Shown here one piece after another: positions 9,400 to 26,138 of a DNA stretch of 64,000 nucleotides. The stretch covers positions 1,984,001-2,048,000 of the forward strand of contig CP075495.1 in NCBI GenBank assembly GCA_021613535.1, given 5' to 3'. Under the pieces are notes generated by a model, which did no database searches, had not been told where the DNA came from, and was given only the letters and a program-made list of their open reading frames with translations. The position numbers and the translations under genes are program-made. The stretch is from Adineta vaga. Lineage: Eukaryota; Animalia; Rotifera. Every line of letters begins with the position of its first letter. The stretch's first letter is position 1.

Positions 9400-12300
9400 A
9401 TGGACGATTCTGAAGAGCTTTCTTCTCATCGTCATCCACCACATCTTCGTGGAAAAGCTATCGGTTTATGGTATGCACAACGGCAACGTTCCAAAACTTC
9501 TACTGAAACATCATCACGGCCTATTCGTTCAGCTCAACCTCTAGCGACGATTGAATTATCTGCGACAGAAATTCAACGTGTCACGAACGTTCGACAATTG
9601 TTTCATGAATCATCACATAAACAAATCACAGAATCATTATTGGATATTGATGATGCCGAACATACAGTTCAATTTGATAAATTACATAGTTCATTTCAAT
9701 ATTTCGAACCACTTGTACGTACTCCTGACATTGATCAAAGTTTACTTGATGATCTACGAAAAAAACAACGTTCATCTTTATATGAAAAATTGAATACCAA
9801 ACGATCTGGTTTACCAATTAGTAATTATCGACAAACTATTCTTGATACAACTGAACAAAATCAAATTTTTATTCTTGTTGGTGAAACTGGTTCAGGTATA
9901 TTAGTTTTTCTTTTTCAAATAACAATTTCATATAGAATTTTATTCCTATAGGAAAAACAACTCAAACAGCTCAATTTATTCTTGATGATCAAATTCTCAA
10001 AAGTCAAGGTAGTCAATGTCGAATCTTATGTTCACAACCGCGTCGAATTAGTGGTGAGTTATTTATACTCTTTTTTTTCTTTCTCTAAAACATTCACTGA
10101 TTAATCTTCTAGCAACATCGGTCGCTGAACGTGTAGCACAAGAACGTGGTGAAACACGTACCGGTGATTCTGTTGGTTATCATATTCGTCTTTCAGCACA
10201 ATTTCCACGTAAAAATGGTTCAATTCTCTTTTGTACAACTGGAATGTTATTGAAATATATTGAAAAATATACGAATTTCGAACATTTTTCTCATTTAATA
10301 TTAGATGAAATTCATGAGAGAAATATTGAAATGGATTTTTTACTTATTTTCATTAAACGTCTATTAAAAATTCGTCAAGATCTTAAAGTAATATTAATGA
10401 GGTGAGTATTTCTTCATGAAAACAAAACAGATTGTTTTTTTTATTTTTATTTTCATTTGAATACGATATTTTTCATTCTAGTGCATCGATTCAAGCTGAA
10501 AAATTTAGTTTTTACTTTAATAATTGTCCAATTTTACATATACCTGGAAATATTTATCCAATAAAAGAATATTTTCTTGAAGATTATATAACAAAATTAA
10601 AATATCCCTATGACAATGTCAATTTACATCGACGATCAAAGAAAGATGTTGATCAAACAAAATTCAATGAATATATCAATGAATTAGAATTTGACTTAGC
10701 TGCACAGAAAAAATCAATTGAAGTTTGGAAAAAAATTCAAGCAATTGGAACAGATTTTGGTTTAGAAATTAACTGTGATTTAGTTGTTAGTGTTATTGAA
10801 TTGATCTGTCGAATCTCTTCACAAGGTACGACGAATACAAGTCTAAAAAAATCTGACTTCCTTCTGTTCCAGAGGCTGAGAGAGAGTTGAGCGTTACTTA
10901 TTATATCATATAAAATATTTCTATTTCAGGTACTATTCTCGTATTTCTTCCTGGTTGGGCTGATATTGTTAAATGTACACAATTACTTCGTCAACGAACA
11001 TTACTAGCATCTTATTTACATATTCTACCATTACATAGTTTATTACCAATTCATAATCAACATGAAATATTTGATCCACCACCTCATCCAACCATACGAA
11101 AGGTGATTTTATCGACATCCATTGCTGAAACATCTATTACAATAGATGATGTGATCTATGTTATTGATACTGGACGAACAAAAGCAAGTGATTATGATTT
11201 AGAAACTCAGGGCAAATGTCTTCTACCAACGAATGTTTCACGAGCAAATCTTCTTCAACGAAAAGGTTTGAAAAAAATAGTTGTCTAAATTTTCTACCAA
11301 ATTCTTTCTTTTCATAGGACGAGCAGGTCGAACACAACCCGGTGAATGTTATCGTTTATTTACACGTTGTAATGAACGTCTTTCATTTATTGATTTTCCT
11401 CAATCAGAAATGATCACTTCACGTTTGGATAATATTTATCTTCAAGCCAAATTATTAAACATATTAGATGTTAAAACATTCCTTCAAGATGCACTCGATC
11501 CACCTTCAATTGAAGCTATTGAACATGCAGAAAAATTCCTCTACGATATCGGTGCATTAATATCTGATACAAATGAATTAACACCAATCGGAAAAATACT
11601 TGCACAGTAATAATTCATCGATACAAAAAAAACGATAGAAAATAATTCATACTTTTTTAGTTTACCATTGGCACCTCAAATAGGAAAATTGTTAATACTT
11701 GGTTATTTATTTTCATGTTTTGATCCAATCTTAACAATTGCATCTGTCTTAAGTTATCGAGATCCGTAAGAAATAATCTTATCTTGACATCTCTAAGTGA
11801 CAAAAATTCTATTCTAGTTTCGTTACTCCAATCGATAAAACACATGAAATCAATGAAGTACGTCGTCGTTTTGCTGCAAATACAATGTCAGATCATTTGA
11901 TGATCTTGAATGTATATCAACAATGGAAGAATCAACGAAATTATCGTGATAAAAATCAATTTTGTTACGAAAATTTTCTTAATTCAAATCATATGAAAAT
12001 GATTGATAAAGTTCGAAATCAATTGCGACATTTAATACAAGATTATTTTGCTTCATATACCGGTAAATTAGATTTAATTAACAAAACTTTTCGAATAAAT
12101 TCTTCTTGAATAGGTGATGCCAATCGAAATCAATATAATCATCATTTAATATGTGCTTTAATGTGTGCTGGACTTTATCCAAATATTGCACGTATTCGTT
12201 TATCAGCTGATAAATCATCGAAACGACCATGTTTATTAGAAACTAAATTTGAAAAACGAATTCTAATTCATCCAAGATCAATCAATTCGAAATTGAGAGT

Positions 12301-12802
12301 AAATTATCTTCATAGAACATATTTTGCTCAAAAATGAATCAATATTTCGATTGATTTTTAGGATAATGACATTCGTCATTCATCTATTCAATCGACATTA
12401 ATTGTCTATCATGAGAAAATTCGTACTTCAAGTATATTTATTCATGATATAAGTTTTATTTCTCCATATAGTTTACTATTCTTTGGTAAAACTCAACGAT
12501 CAACAGAAAATTCGACAACAAAATCAACTAATACTCTTCTTGTTGATAATTGGATTGGAATAAATATTGATGATCATACAAAGAATTTAATTTATGAATT
12601 AAAAGATAAATTTAATTATTTAGTAGAAAAAAAAGCAATGAAAAAGAATCTTTTTCTCGATAATGAACAAGAATTAATCGAAACTATCATACATTTTATT
12701 ACTAAACAAGATCAAAATTTAGTAATACAAAATAAATTAATCGATGATTATACAAAAAAATCACTTGTTTATGAAGATTGGGATGATGAAATTAAAGAAT
12801 AA
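9400..12802 (+). CDS. DHX36: ATP-dependent DEAH-box G-quadruplex helicase DHX36/RHAU
   Basis: RSM motif [59 protein letters not shown] and an HA2/OB region across about 11 exons. Confidence 0.93.
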
Positions 12803-12886
12803 TTTCAACATTGAAATTTTCTTGTTTTGTTTTTTAGATAAATATTTTTTTTCTTTTTTTATATTCTTTTCCATTCGGACAATGTA

Positions 12887-14849
<1,963 letters not shown>

Positions 14850-15080
14850 ATTCTCGGCGATTTTTATCAATGTACATGAGTAACAAATGTCTTTTTCTCG
14901 TCTATGTAGTGATACCATTTGTTGTCTATCTATAAGAATGAGTGTATTGATAAATATAATCTCATACACATTTGCATTTTCAATTATGAAATATGATAAG
15001 AAGTGTGAGAGAGTGTATTTGATTATATTTGGAAAATATTTCTCTATCGATATAGAAATAAAATAGACAAAATAAAGAAA

Positions 15081-16769
15081 TTAACGATGTCTACGAATTT
15101 TTTTCATTAGTTGTCGAAGATTTGTTCGAAAAGCGATTCCACTAAAAGAATAGAGAAAAAAATTGATTGAATATGATGCATAAGCTAATAATTGCGTGAA
15201 TAAAATTGCAGTATAGAGTACATGTATTGCTAATTGATCATTATTTGTTATTGTTGTTTCTGTTTGAGAAAGTAATATTATCGTCTGATTAGAAGTGATA
15301 TTATGAATAATATGTTCATTTGGTAATGAACTGTTAAGATTGATGTAAATTTTAAGTGTAAGAATAAATAAATGTCCAGGAGCATTAAGTAGAAGAAAAC
15401 AAGATGAAACAAGAATAAGCATTCGTGTAACACGTAATGATTGAGATGATCTTGTCGATAATTTACTGATTGATTCATTTCGATTTGATTGTTTTGATGT
15501 TCGAGTTGAAAATGAATCGAGAGATATTTGTCTTCGTGCATAGAAATTCTTTTTAAACAATACGTCTGATCGTGATCGATTTGGTAATGATGATGATGTT
15601 TCGGAATTCGCACGTTTTAAAGACTAAGAATGAAAATCATCATAGATGAATCCTACTTCAAAAAACAAACAAACAAACTCACCGATAGTCGATCAGAATC
15701 ATTAGATGGTTTCATTTCAAAATGTTCATTTCCATCGATTTGACTAAATGCTGTCGTTAGAACTGTTCCTGTATTCGTTTCTGTTTCATAAATATCATCA
15801 AGATTCGATGATTTTTTCTTCGAAAAGAATGTTCGTTGAAAACTAACTGGTATATATGAATGTTTTCGTATGTAATTAACAATCATAATATTAAAGATTA
15901 AAATTAAGATAAATGGAATAACAAATGATATTAAAGCATCGGCTAAAAACCAATTAAGATCTAATTCTTCATGACAATCTTCATAACGATTATAATATGA
16001 AAGATGAAAACAAAAAATCGAACTTAAAATGAAAATAACTAGAAGAGAAACGATAGGTGATGAACGACGACGAACAGCAGCTTCGAATGGACAACGAATT
16101 GCATAATAACGTTGAATAGTAAATGAAACTGTATAATATGCAGATAAAACTTCAGCAAGATGGCTTAAAAATGATATAGTCAAACAAATACGATCCGATT
16201 TGCCTTTGAAGATATCATGTATTCCACGAATTAATAAGACAGTATTGAAAAGAAGGTCACTCAATGCTAAAAACAAAAAGCTATAAGAAATATTTTTAGA
16301 AAGAAAAAAAAATATATTTGACGCCTTCATTCTCATTTGAATTTAATTAATTTCCAAAGCTTACGGAATAATCTATCTAATTTACGATGTTAGTTATTTT
16401 TCCGTATAAAGACAAAATGTTCAATGACTCGAATCAAGTCTTCTAATGTCTCAAAAACAAGAACATACTAAGAGATCGAAGTATGACTATACAACATCTA
16501 TATTAATGTAGAAATTAATCTCAATTGTACATACCTAAGGCAATTAATGTCCATTTATTCTTTAGATTTTTTGTTACATTATTTTTCAATAAAAGTATCA
16601 CAGTTAATGTATTTGTAATCAGACCAATAAAAGATATAAAAAATAAATATGGAAAAGTAATTTTGACAAGAAGACGATGAATTCTTCGAAATTGATAATA
16701 ATATGGAGCGTATTCTTCTAATGATACCAGTGTTGTTATAAGGGTTGATGTATTGTTTAGGTTTGTCAT
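15081..16769 (-). CDS. Class A (rhodopsin-like) GPCR, neuropeptide/FMRFamide-receptor-like
   Basis: Three exons; GLITN (TM1), LALSDL (TM2), SFTIQRY (TM3), VIPF (TM5), TRML...LLNAP (TM6), SINFFLY (TM7). Confidence 0.85.
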
Positions 16770-19166
16770 TTGTTACTAATGGAAGGGTAATTATCTTCGA
16801 CCAGAGATTGTCTTACGAACTATAAGCGACTAATTGACTTAAGATGTTTTTTCTTTTGAGTCTTTGTCGAGAATGAATAGCGAGATTTGGTTTTCTTGTT
16901 CTATAAAGAATGAAAAAAGAATATATATATATATATAGTGAGAGAAGACAAATAAACTTGTTGATTCTTAGAACTGACTATAAGAGATGTCTGAGAACAT
17001 ATTTAATGTATATTGAAAAAGACATTCTCTTCTGAAAAATATGTTTTGATAGATCACGACTATTTTGATAAAGATTCGGAAATGAAATAAATGAAAAAAA
17101 GATTTACACATGTTCTGCTTATACGTATTTAATATATAATGAACTCCTTCGGTCATACAGAATAATTTAATATTAGAAAATTTCTTAATAAAAAAAAAAG
17201 CAAAAATAGATTCTAAGTACAAATTCACAAACGTTCGATATATAACGTATGTTTTCTATTTGCTAGACAACACTTATCTGTATATGTTACATGATCTCAT
17301 CTAGAAACTTTAGAAAAGCTATGTACTATGAATTTACAGGATATCGTATGATGTAAGATATGAAACTTCTGTTATCAGACATAATCGAATACAAATGAGT
17401 TTGATGTTTTTTCTCGAAATTATTAATAAGAGTTACAGTTCAACGGAATGATTATAGAGAGAGAAAGGTTTTTCTTCTTATTCTATGAATATTTACATAT
17501 ATTTTCAAGTGTTAGGAATGAAAGAATCGGAAATAATAGTGATGCATATGGAATATAAAAACTAATAGAAAGTTCAAGTTACACTTGCAAAAAAACATCA
17601 TTTTACATAAGACTTGTCAATGGTAGACATAATCAAGAAAAGAAAGTTATAGTATATGAGAATGTACTTATTCTACTTAATCATTAGAATAGTTTCAAGG
17701 GTTGAAACTATCGATTTGCAATGAATGAGTGTAATAAAGAAAAAATGTTTGTATATTCGAAGTTTGGTTTAAAATAATAAATTTTCTCTACAATGATTAT
17801 TTGTCCATTTAAATAATGAAAAAGTAAATAAGAATAATTGAAGTACATTTGCGACGGATGGTTCTACTAATCAATCTTGTAATTAAAAAAGTTCATATCT
17901 CGACAAAAAAACGAATGACTTATTTATTATCTATGAAGAATTTATGTCCAATGATATTCTTCATTCTGTCAGATTATTTCTTTATTAAAAAAAGAAACAA
18001 GAATCCATTTTCGAGAGAAGTAAGAAGATTTTCTTTTCTTATTGCTCTCTCTCTCTTTCTCTCATAAACCCTTGAATATTATTGCTCACAGCATCTAAAA
18101 ATGATGTGAAATCATAATTAGATTTCTTTTTTTTTAAAAAAAGAAGAATGTCACTAATTTCATTGATTTATTCTTTTCATACAATGAGTTAATATTATTC
18201 AACAACTATATCGTTTAAAAAATAGGTCAATGACATTTGAAATTCATTACCTGAAGTAAAGAATATTACTAATTAAAAATGTGAATATACAACGTTGGTT
18301 TCTATTTGAATCCATAGTTTATATCGATAGACATGATCATTTTGATATTTTTTTTTACCCTAGATACAAAAAAAGGACACAATCAACTTAGGAAACATAC
18401 TCCTGGTTTGAAATTAAAAAGAAATAATGAGATGAATTCATTCATTCATAAAAGAAAAGAAATTGTGTGCTTGAAATAGAAATAGCAACTGTCAAGAGAA
18501 TAATTCATAATCACATGTACTTCTATAATATGAAGAGAGGCGAGACAAGAAAACAACTGACATTGACAATTATTTTCTTTGAAGATAAAATACAAAAAAA
18601 GAAACTAGACAATATTCTCATTCAATCAGTTCTTCAGTTGATCAACATAATTATTTGTTTTCGGTCCGATGAAAAAAAATAATATATTAAGAAATCTTCT
18701 TTTGACTTCTTTGGAAATACATTAAATGATTAATGAATATCTGTCTTTTACTATATGAAACTATCAGAACACAATTTATTTACTCAATACATCTTGTCAT
18801 ACAATGATTTATATACGTTAAGAGAATTCTAATACAAAAGAAACTAATCATTTTTTTGTTATGACCGTAATATGACCATATAGAACAATTCATAAAAACT
18901 ACTCCAAATATCAATTGATGTGTGTCTACATCTATTGATAATACATTTAAGATTGGTTGTTGAAATTGACCATTGTAATGTTGAGTTGATTGTTTTTCCT
19001 TCCTTATGAATGGCTCATTTGAACAGAAATTCTTACGTCATTTATTTCTTTAGAGTTTGAGATTTCATAATTAAGTGTACTTACTAAATATTCATATTTA
19101 AATAGGTACGTATTTGACACTTTACGTCTTACATATAGGACAACTCGTTACAACAAAAGTAATTCA

Positions 19167-19928
19167 ATGCCGAAAAATAAAGGAAAAGGTGGCAAAAATC
19201 GTCGTCGTGGTAAAAATGAAAATGACGATGTTAAACGTGAATTAATTCTTAAAGATCAAGGTCAATCTTATGCTCAAGTGACACGTATTTTGGGCAATGG
19301 ACATTTAGAAGCCTTCTGTTTCGATACAGCTGGTGGAAAAAAACGTCTATGTCATATTCGTGGAAAATTACGAAAAAAACAATGGATTAATCAAGGAGAT
19401 GTTATTCTCGTAGGATTACGTGACTATCAAGATGACAAAGCTGATGTTATTATGAGATATCTTGGTAAGATAAGAAAGAAAAAAAAACAAATCGAACGTA
19501 AGAAATAATTGAATATTGTTCTCTTTCTAGCTGATGAAGCTCGTGAGTTAAAACGCATGCGTGAAATTCCCGATAATATTAATATCGCTGAATCAACGAC
19601 AAATAATACAGATGGATTAGATGATGTTATTTTCGATGAACGTTATAATGACGTTGATTCTGGTGATGATGATGATGGTTTACCACGAAATTTGAATGGT
19701 CGTGGTGCTGGTAATAATGAAAGTTTATCGGAAGAAGAATCCAATGATGAAGATGAAGATGGAGAAGATTATTATAATCCAAATCGAATGCCAAAAAAGA
19801 CTGGAAATCTAAATGCACACAATTTAATAGGTACGAAGAAAGACTCATACAAAGGTGCACGAAATGATCGACGACAAGCGATGTCAGGATCAGAATCCGA
19901 AGGACATGATGATCTGGCACATATCTAA
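19167..19928 (+). CDS. EIF1A: Eukaryotic translation initiation factor 1A
   Basis: [17 protein letters not shown]...[16 protein letters not shown]. Intron 19465-19530; 231 aa. Confidence 0.96.
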
Positions 19929-20969
19929 TAGGTTAAATTGTGTATTGAGAGAATAGACGACTATTCAAATCTTTCTTTTTTTTCGATCTTCAATTTTTCT
20001 TTTTCCTCAACTATCGATAAATCACACTTCACATTTTATCAATAAATCGGCAAATAATCAAAAATATCAATCTGTATTTAAACGAATCCTCGTCTTTATA
20101 TATATATATATATATATCTAGCAGTAATGCAATTATTATTCGAAATGAGCAAATGTTTTGAAGTTTTATTAACGGAAACGAAAGTTATAACAAATACCGA
20201 AGGAATCGTTTGTTCGCGAAACTAATGTTTAAATCTTTATAAAGTGCCGTTTCGCGACTTTTCATACTGACGTAATTACTCTATCGAAATCGAATCCTCA
20301 TATGACAAGTGAATTGATCAGCATGGTAAAATCCAATGATTATAAACATAATCTTTTCCAAGGAAATATGATGAATAGAACTAAAAAAAAATCAATCATC
20401 GATGTTTTTTTTTGTAAAATCATACATAATTTTTTTTTACATTAGTTCCAAATTAAATAAATTATATTATTCACTCGATTAACAAAATAATTTCAAAACA
20501 TACACGTACCCTTCTGGCCTTTCAGTTTCAGTTATTTACTTTTCTTACGTCATGAACGTATTCCAATGATTCGCATTCTTTTCATTACCAATCAGAAGTG
20601 ATACATATATTTTCTACTATATAATATCAAAAGAAATCAATCTCCCTAGAACCATCGCTATATTACATATAACGATATTTTGAGTGTCTATTTTTCACTG
20701 ACTTATTCATATTATCAAGGATTACTTGTTGTTGTTGTTGTTAATTAGTTACTAATGGGCAAAGAATCAAAGTGAAAATAAATACTATCGATTATGATCG
20801 AGAATGTTTCCATCATTTATTCATAGCAAAGGAGACATATGTGACATTCAATACGTTCGATAAGTAATTAGATTAGACAGATGATAAGTGAGATCATTTT
20901 ATCTGTTTATTTGATTTATACATAAAAAAAGAAAAGATACTGACAAGACATCAATGACTAAAACCTAGT

Positions 20970-21584
20970 TTAAAAACGTAAATTTAGATTAAGATCCGAT
21001 AATTTCATATCTTTGATTTTCTGTGGTAAATTCATTTCTTTAATTGCCGTCATTGCTTTATTTGGTGCAGCAGAAATACCTGCTTCTTGTTTTTCTAATT
21101 TTGTTTGTTCATCAATTCGTGCAACAATTTCATTCATACTCGTTTCTAAAACCATTCCACCAAGACATAATTCTTGAAGAATATAATGAACTTTATCTGC
21201 ATGAAATATCAAATCAAGTTCACAAACATTCTAAAGAAAAACTTATATATTCAAGAAATACAACAAACAAACTATTACCTCGAAACATTTATCAAGTGTT
21301 TCAACGAACACTTGAATTAAATCTAATATTCCCAATTCACTTTCCGAACTATCAACACAAAATATAAAATATAATGTTGCATAATGTCGATAGATCAAAC
21401 GATAATCATTTCCACCAATTAATGATCCACCTTCGAGAAAATTACAAACATTATCATCTCGTTTAGATACCAATTGATAAGTTTCTCGAACAATTTGTTG
21501 TTGAATTTCTTCCGTATAATGTTCATAAAATTTGATTAATCGTGGTTTAGCTGAATTATTAAAGACAAGGATTGCTTTAATCAT
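20970..21584 (-). CDS. AP3S: AP-3 complex subunit sigma
   Basis: MIKAILVFNN..KPRLIKFY, RHYATLYF, SESELGILDLIQVFVETLDKCFE; one intron. Confidence 0.95.
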
Positions 21585-21798
21585 ATTTATATTAATCTAA
21601 AAGAAAATCAATAAAAGAAAAAAGAAAAGAAAAAGAATAGACTATATTTTTCCTTTCTTTATTCTTAGTCAGCCTTCAGCGTCAACAAGGTAAACACAAC
21701 AAATATTGAATGATTATTTGTGCAGTCAGGCAGAACATAAATGGCAAATAATATCATAGACATTTGAAGAAGAAAAATCGAAACGTGTAATAAAGAAG

Positions 21799-22336
21799 AT
21801 GGGTGGTAGAGCGGGTAAGAAATTGTCAAATCAACAAGTTCAACGTTTCGTTCAACAAACTCAATTACAACCATATGTTATTCAACAAATTTATGACGCA
21901 TTTATTGATCGAGCAGGAAAAAATGGACGGTTAGAAATGGAAAAAAATGTCCTTTTTGAAATAGAAAAAACAACACATCTTTCTTTAGAATGAATTTGGG
22001 GGAATTTAAACAAGCGTACAATCAAATCAAACCAAATCTTGATCCATATAATATCTATGCAAATGATATGCAAGCAGAACGTATACTTATTTCTCATTAA
22101 GATTTTTCTATGCTTAAATTTTTTCTGTTTATTTTCTAGAAATATTTATGATGTTTGATGCGGATCGAAATGGTAAGTAAGGAAAATAGAAAAGGAAAAT
22201 CATTCCTATAAAATATATTTAGGTGTACTAACATTCGACGAATTCATCAACGCATTTATTCAAATTCAAAGAGGTAATATTATTCGTTCGAAACGTCAAA
22301 ATTATCTGACGAATATTTTCTCTAGGCATGATCTAA
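21799..22336 (+). CDS. Small EF-hand protein with N-terminal MG (putative myristoylation), NCS-like
   Basis: Five short exons: MGGRAGKKLS...MNLGEFKQAY...IFMMFDADRNGVLTFDEFINAF. The 3' end is uncertain. Confidence 0.75.
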
Positions 22337-22485
22337 ATATCGCGAAATGCTTTCATCCATAACAACACATTCGACTAACATCGCAATTCGATCGTATTCT
22401 ACAAGATGATCTCTTTCAATGCTTTTTTTTTCTTTCCCAATGTTTTTTTCAATATATTTCTTTTCTATAAACAAGACCATAGAGT

Positions 22486-25055
22486 TTAATCAAATTCATG
22501 ATTATTTTCATTGTCGTCATCGGGTGGTGGCTGTTGTTGTAATTGATCTTCATCAGTATTAGCAATGCCGATATCACGAATAAAATCACGAATACTTTCT
22601 TGAAGAGCTTGTAACATACCAGCATCATTTTCAGCAGCAGCAGCAGCGACAGCACCAGCTTGAGCATTAGGAGCGACAAGAAAATTCTAGACGATTGAAA
22701 GAAAGGTTTTATTGAATTGAGATGAAAGGCGAGTTCTTACTTCTAGATTAAAATTCGGTAATAATGAACGAAGAAGCATACCGAATGAATTGTATGAACT
22801 ATTCACTTGTAGAGTAGGTCTAAGAATATTATAGAACAAGATCTATATCTTCAATAGCAATGATGAAATGATTAATTACCTTTCTGGTCGTTGAAAACCA
22901 ACGATTGAATCTTTCGGAGGAAATGGATCAAAGGAATAAAATGTTCTTCCACTTTCAATGTCCTATAAAAAGAAAATTAGAGAATGTCAATTTAATATGT
23001 CCTACATTAGGTAAAAATCCGCGTATTTCAGTTGATTCTGATAAAACAATATGTCGACAGATATTCATCGGTGTTTTACGATAAGATGTTTCTCGTCTAA
23101 AAATAAATAAACAATATTATCTTATATTTCTTAAATTTTCCATTTACATTTTTGTATAATTCGAAATTCTTTCATCTTGATTTCGTTCGATAATTTCAAT
23201 GACTTGATTAACATTGTATTTCAAGAATTCTAATTCTTCTTTTTCTTTCCATTCATTTGCCATTCGTACAATATATAATTGTTCTACGCATTTCAAGGCA
23301 TTAGAATCATATCTTTCACTATCAGAAAAGAATCGACATTTTTCAACCATACGATCAGGTCTAATCGATAATTTATCCAATAAATATTTTAATATCGATG
23401 GAAAACGTAATAAAGCATCTTGTAACATATCATTAGCTTGATTCAATGATGATGTACGAAAATATGCTAATGCAAGTGAATAAACATAATTTGGTAAACC
23501 ATTCAAATTTAATCGTTGATTTTGTTCCGTATAGAAACGTATAAGATAATTATATTCTTCCGAACGTATTGCATAATATTCAAGTAGAAGAAGTATTGCA
23601 AGAGGATCATCAATAGGATCAAGACTAAAATCGATAGAAATGATCAAGTTAAAATAATGTATCATTCATTTTGTATTTTCTACATGAAAGAGAAAATTTA
23701 CCTTAGAAGTAGTTTACAGAATTCTAATGCTGTTCTTAAACAACCTCGTTCACCAATATAAATAATATGTTTAAATAAACTGATGAAAAAAGATCGATTC
23801 TCTTGAATTCGATATTCTAAACGACAATCACCACGTGTAATCGAAAAAAGTGGATGAAACGATTGTTGAAAATTATACAAAGCACGTTCTATAAACAAAA
23901 AAACGAATTTCTCTCTCGAAATCAATTCATTTCATACCGATCAAATCAACTGCAGTTGGTGTATCATCTTGCATTCGACTAACATCACTCAAATGAATCA
24001 ATGAATCAATATGATATGGATAATGACGAAGAATATCCTGAAAAGACAAGATGAGGATATCGAATTTATAAATTAATCTGTAATATTAACCATAATTCCT
24101 TGAAGATCATGTTGATCAACGAAATCTAAAAATTGAATTTGTATTCTTTGATAGTCTGTATCATATTCAAATTGAAAATAATTTCCCGTATTTGGTGTAG
24201 TTTCATTCAATGGCGACGATGGTTTCATTAATAAACCTATACAAATCAAACGTTTTTTTTCTCAGCACGATCTTTCGATAAAAAAGGCAAAGGAGATAAA
24301 CTTACCGAATTTATGATAAACAGGCCATCCTAATTTCGAAACAATGAATGCATTTTGTTTTGCTATTCGAGTAGTTGGACGTTGTTGTTGTTGTTGAAGA
24401 ATTTGATAAGCACGACGACTAGATAATAAGATAGATTGAATAACATTGAAATCATACTAATAATTTGATTTACCGTTGAGCAGACATATTAGCCAATGCT
24501 GCATGAGCAGTTGGATTATTTTCACGTTCAATTTGTTCTACAATACTACTTCCAAATTTCTTTTTCATTTCATTTAATGGATTTAAAAGACGTGTATCTG
24601 TAGAAAGTAAATCAGAAGCGATATCTTTCAGTACGGAAGCAGTTGATTCAGATTGTAATTCATTTGATACAATAAAAAAATCATCAGTGATCTAAGTAGA
24701 TTAATTTAAAGAATATATTCTAACTAAGAGAATATTTCATAATTACTTCATCATTCTTCTGTACTTGATTATTCTTCTTTTTACCTTTTCGTTTTCGTTT
24801 TGTTTTGGATATTGTCGATGATTGTTCTTGTTCTTGTTCTTCTTCATTACTATCTCTCGTTACTTGTGCTTCTTCTTCTTCTTCATCATCGACTAACATT
24901 TCAAATACATTTCGTCGACGATCATTACTTGATGTTATAATAAAATCATCTTCATCATCATCATCAGCTTTATCAATACCAACTTTTTGTAATACTTGTG
25001 CAAGATTATCTTCAGTCGTATGACCAGCAGTTTTACGAACTGCTCGAGAAGACAT
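22486..25055 (-). CDS. TCF25: Ribosome quality control subunit TCF25/Nulp1 (Rqc1)
   Basis: MSSRAVRK start, PYHIDSLI, ENRSFF..LFKH..RGCLRTALEFCKLL, DPLAILL..EYYAIRS, FDPFPP. Confidence 0.92.
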
Positions 25056-25149
25056 TCGTTTCGTTATCTAAAAATAAAAATTAGATTATTTCAAAAACGA
25101 AAGACATTCTACAATCACAGAATAAAGTCATGAAGCAATTAAGATATTA

Positions 25150-25771
25150 CTAATTCGTTGAATGATACTTAGAGAAATCCATTTTTAATACATGCCAGAA
25201 AATATTACAAGTAATAGCATAAATTATTGTTTGAGATATGTCGGAATTCTTGTACATAAGTAAATCGGAAGAATATTCATTGAATTGTAGATTTTCAAAC
25301 AATTTTATATCAGATTTTTGAACAAAACATTGAAATGGTCCCGAATGTTTATTTATGAAACGATAAGCAGGAACATATGGTCGAAGTATAATATTTCGAA
25401 AGACATTTTCCAAAAGTAAAAATATCTGAATATATCTTATGAAATCATCTTTACTCATTCGACATTTCTTATCACAAATGTCGTTCCAAAAATCAAAAAG
25501 ATGTTTGGCTTCTTTTTTACAATTATGTCTATTTAATTCTTGTAGCCATATATCATCATTCAAATCCTCTCCAATTAATGGTACTAATCGTGAAAAAACG
25601 GCAGCTGCATTCTCACATGTATCAAAATTGGCGATATAACCCTGAATAGACAAGAGATCCTAAACAAAAAAAAATATAATAATCAAATTTATACTTATTG
25701 AAATTGTCTGTTTTTTTTACTTTCGAATCTAAATTATTTGCTTGACGATTCTTCGATAATTTACTGGCCAT
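25150..25771 (-). CDS. Hypothetical protein (two exons, ~185 aa)
   Basis: ATG at 25771, a short GT-AG intron at ~25661-25720, then a 167+ codon open exon. No family recognised. Confidence 0.55.
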
Positions 25772-26138
25772 GTTAATACTCTCGGAAATGATTATTACAA
25801 AATAACATGCTATATCGAAGTTTTTTTTAAATATAAACCAATCATATTAATGTAGATGTCACTTTTATCAATCTGTTTATTTATATTGTGTGCGTGTATT
25901 ATGTCTAACTAAGCATTATTCATATTCATACCTTCTATAATATTTCCAAGTAAAAAGAAAACTGAAAAGTAACGTGAACAAGCAAGATATTAAATTTATT
26001 GATTAGTCGATGTATATTCTCTAATCTAGTCGAATTTTATTGCACTATTCTCATAAAAGTAAGGAATTCTTGTTTTTCTTTTTGTTCAAATTAATATGAA
26101 ATAAAGAATTCTTTGTAGAAGAACATATTCTTGTAAAT

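Noticed and set aside
16800-19050. Short ORFs in the GPCR-eIF1A intergenic region
   Set aside because: Low-complexity AT-rich translations with no motifs or splice-consistent structure; likely regulatory or UTR sequence.
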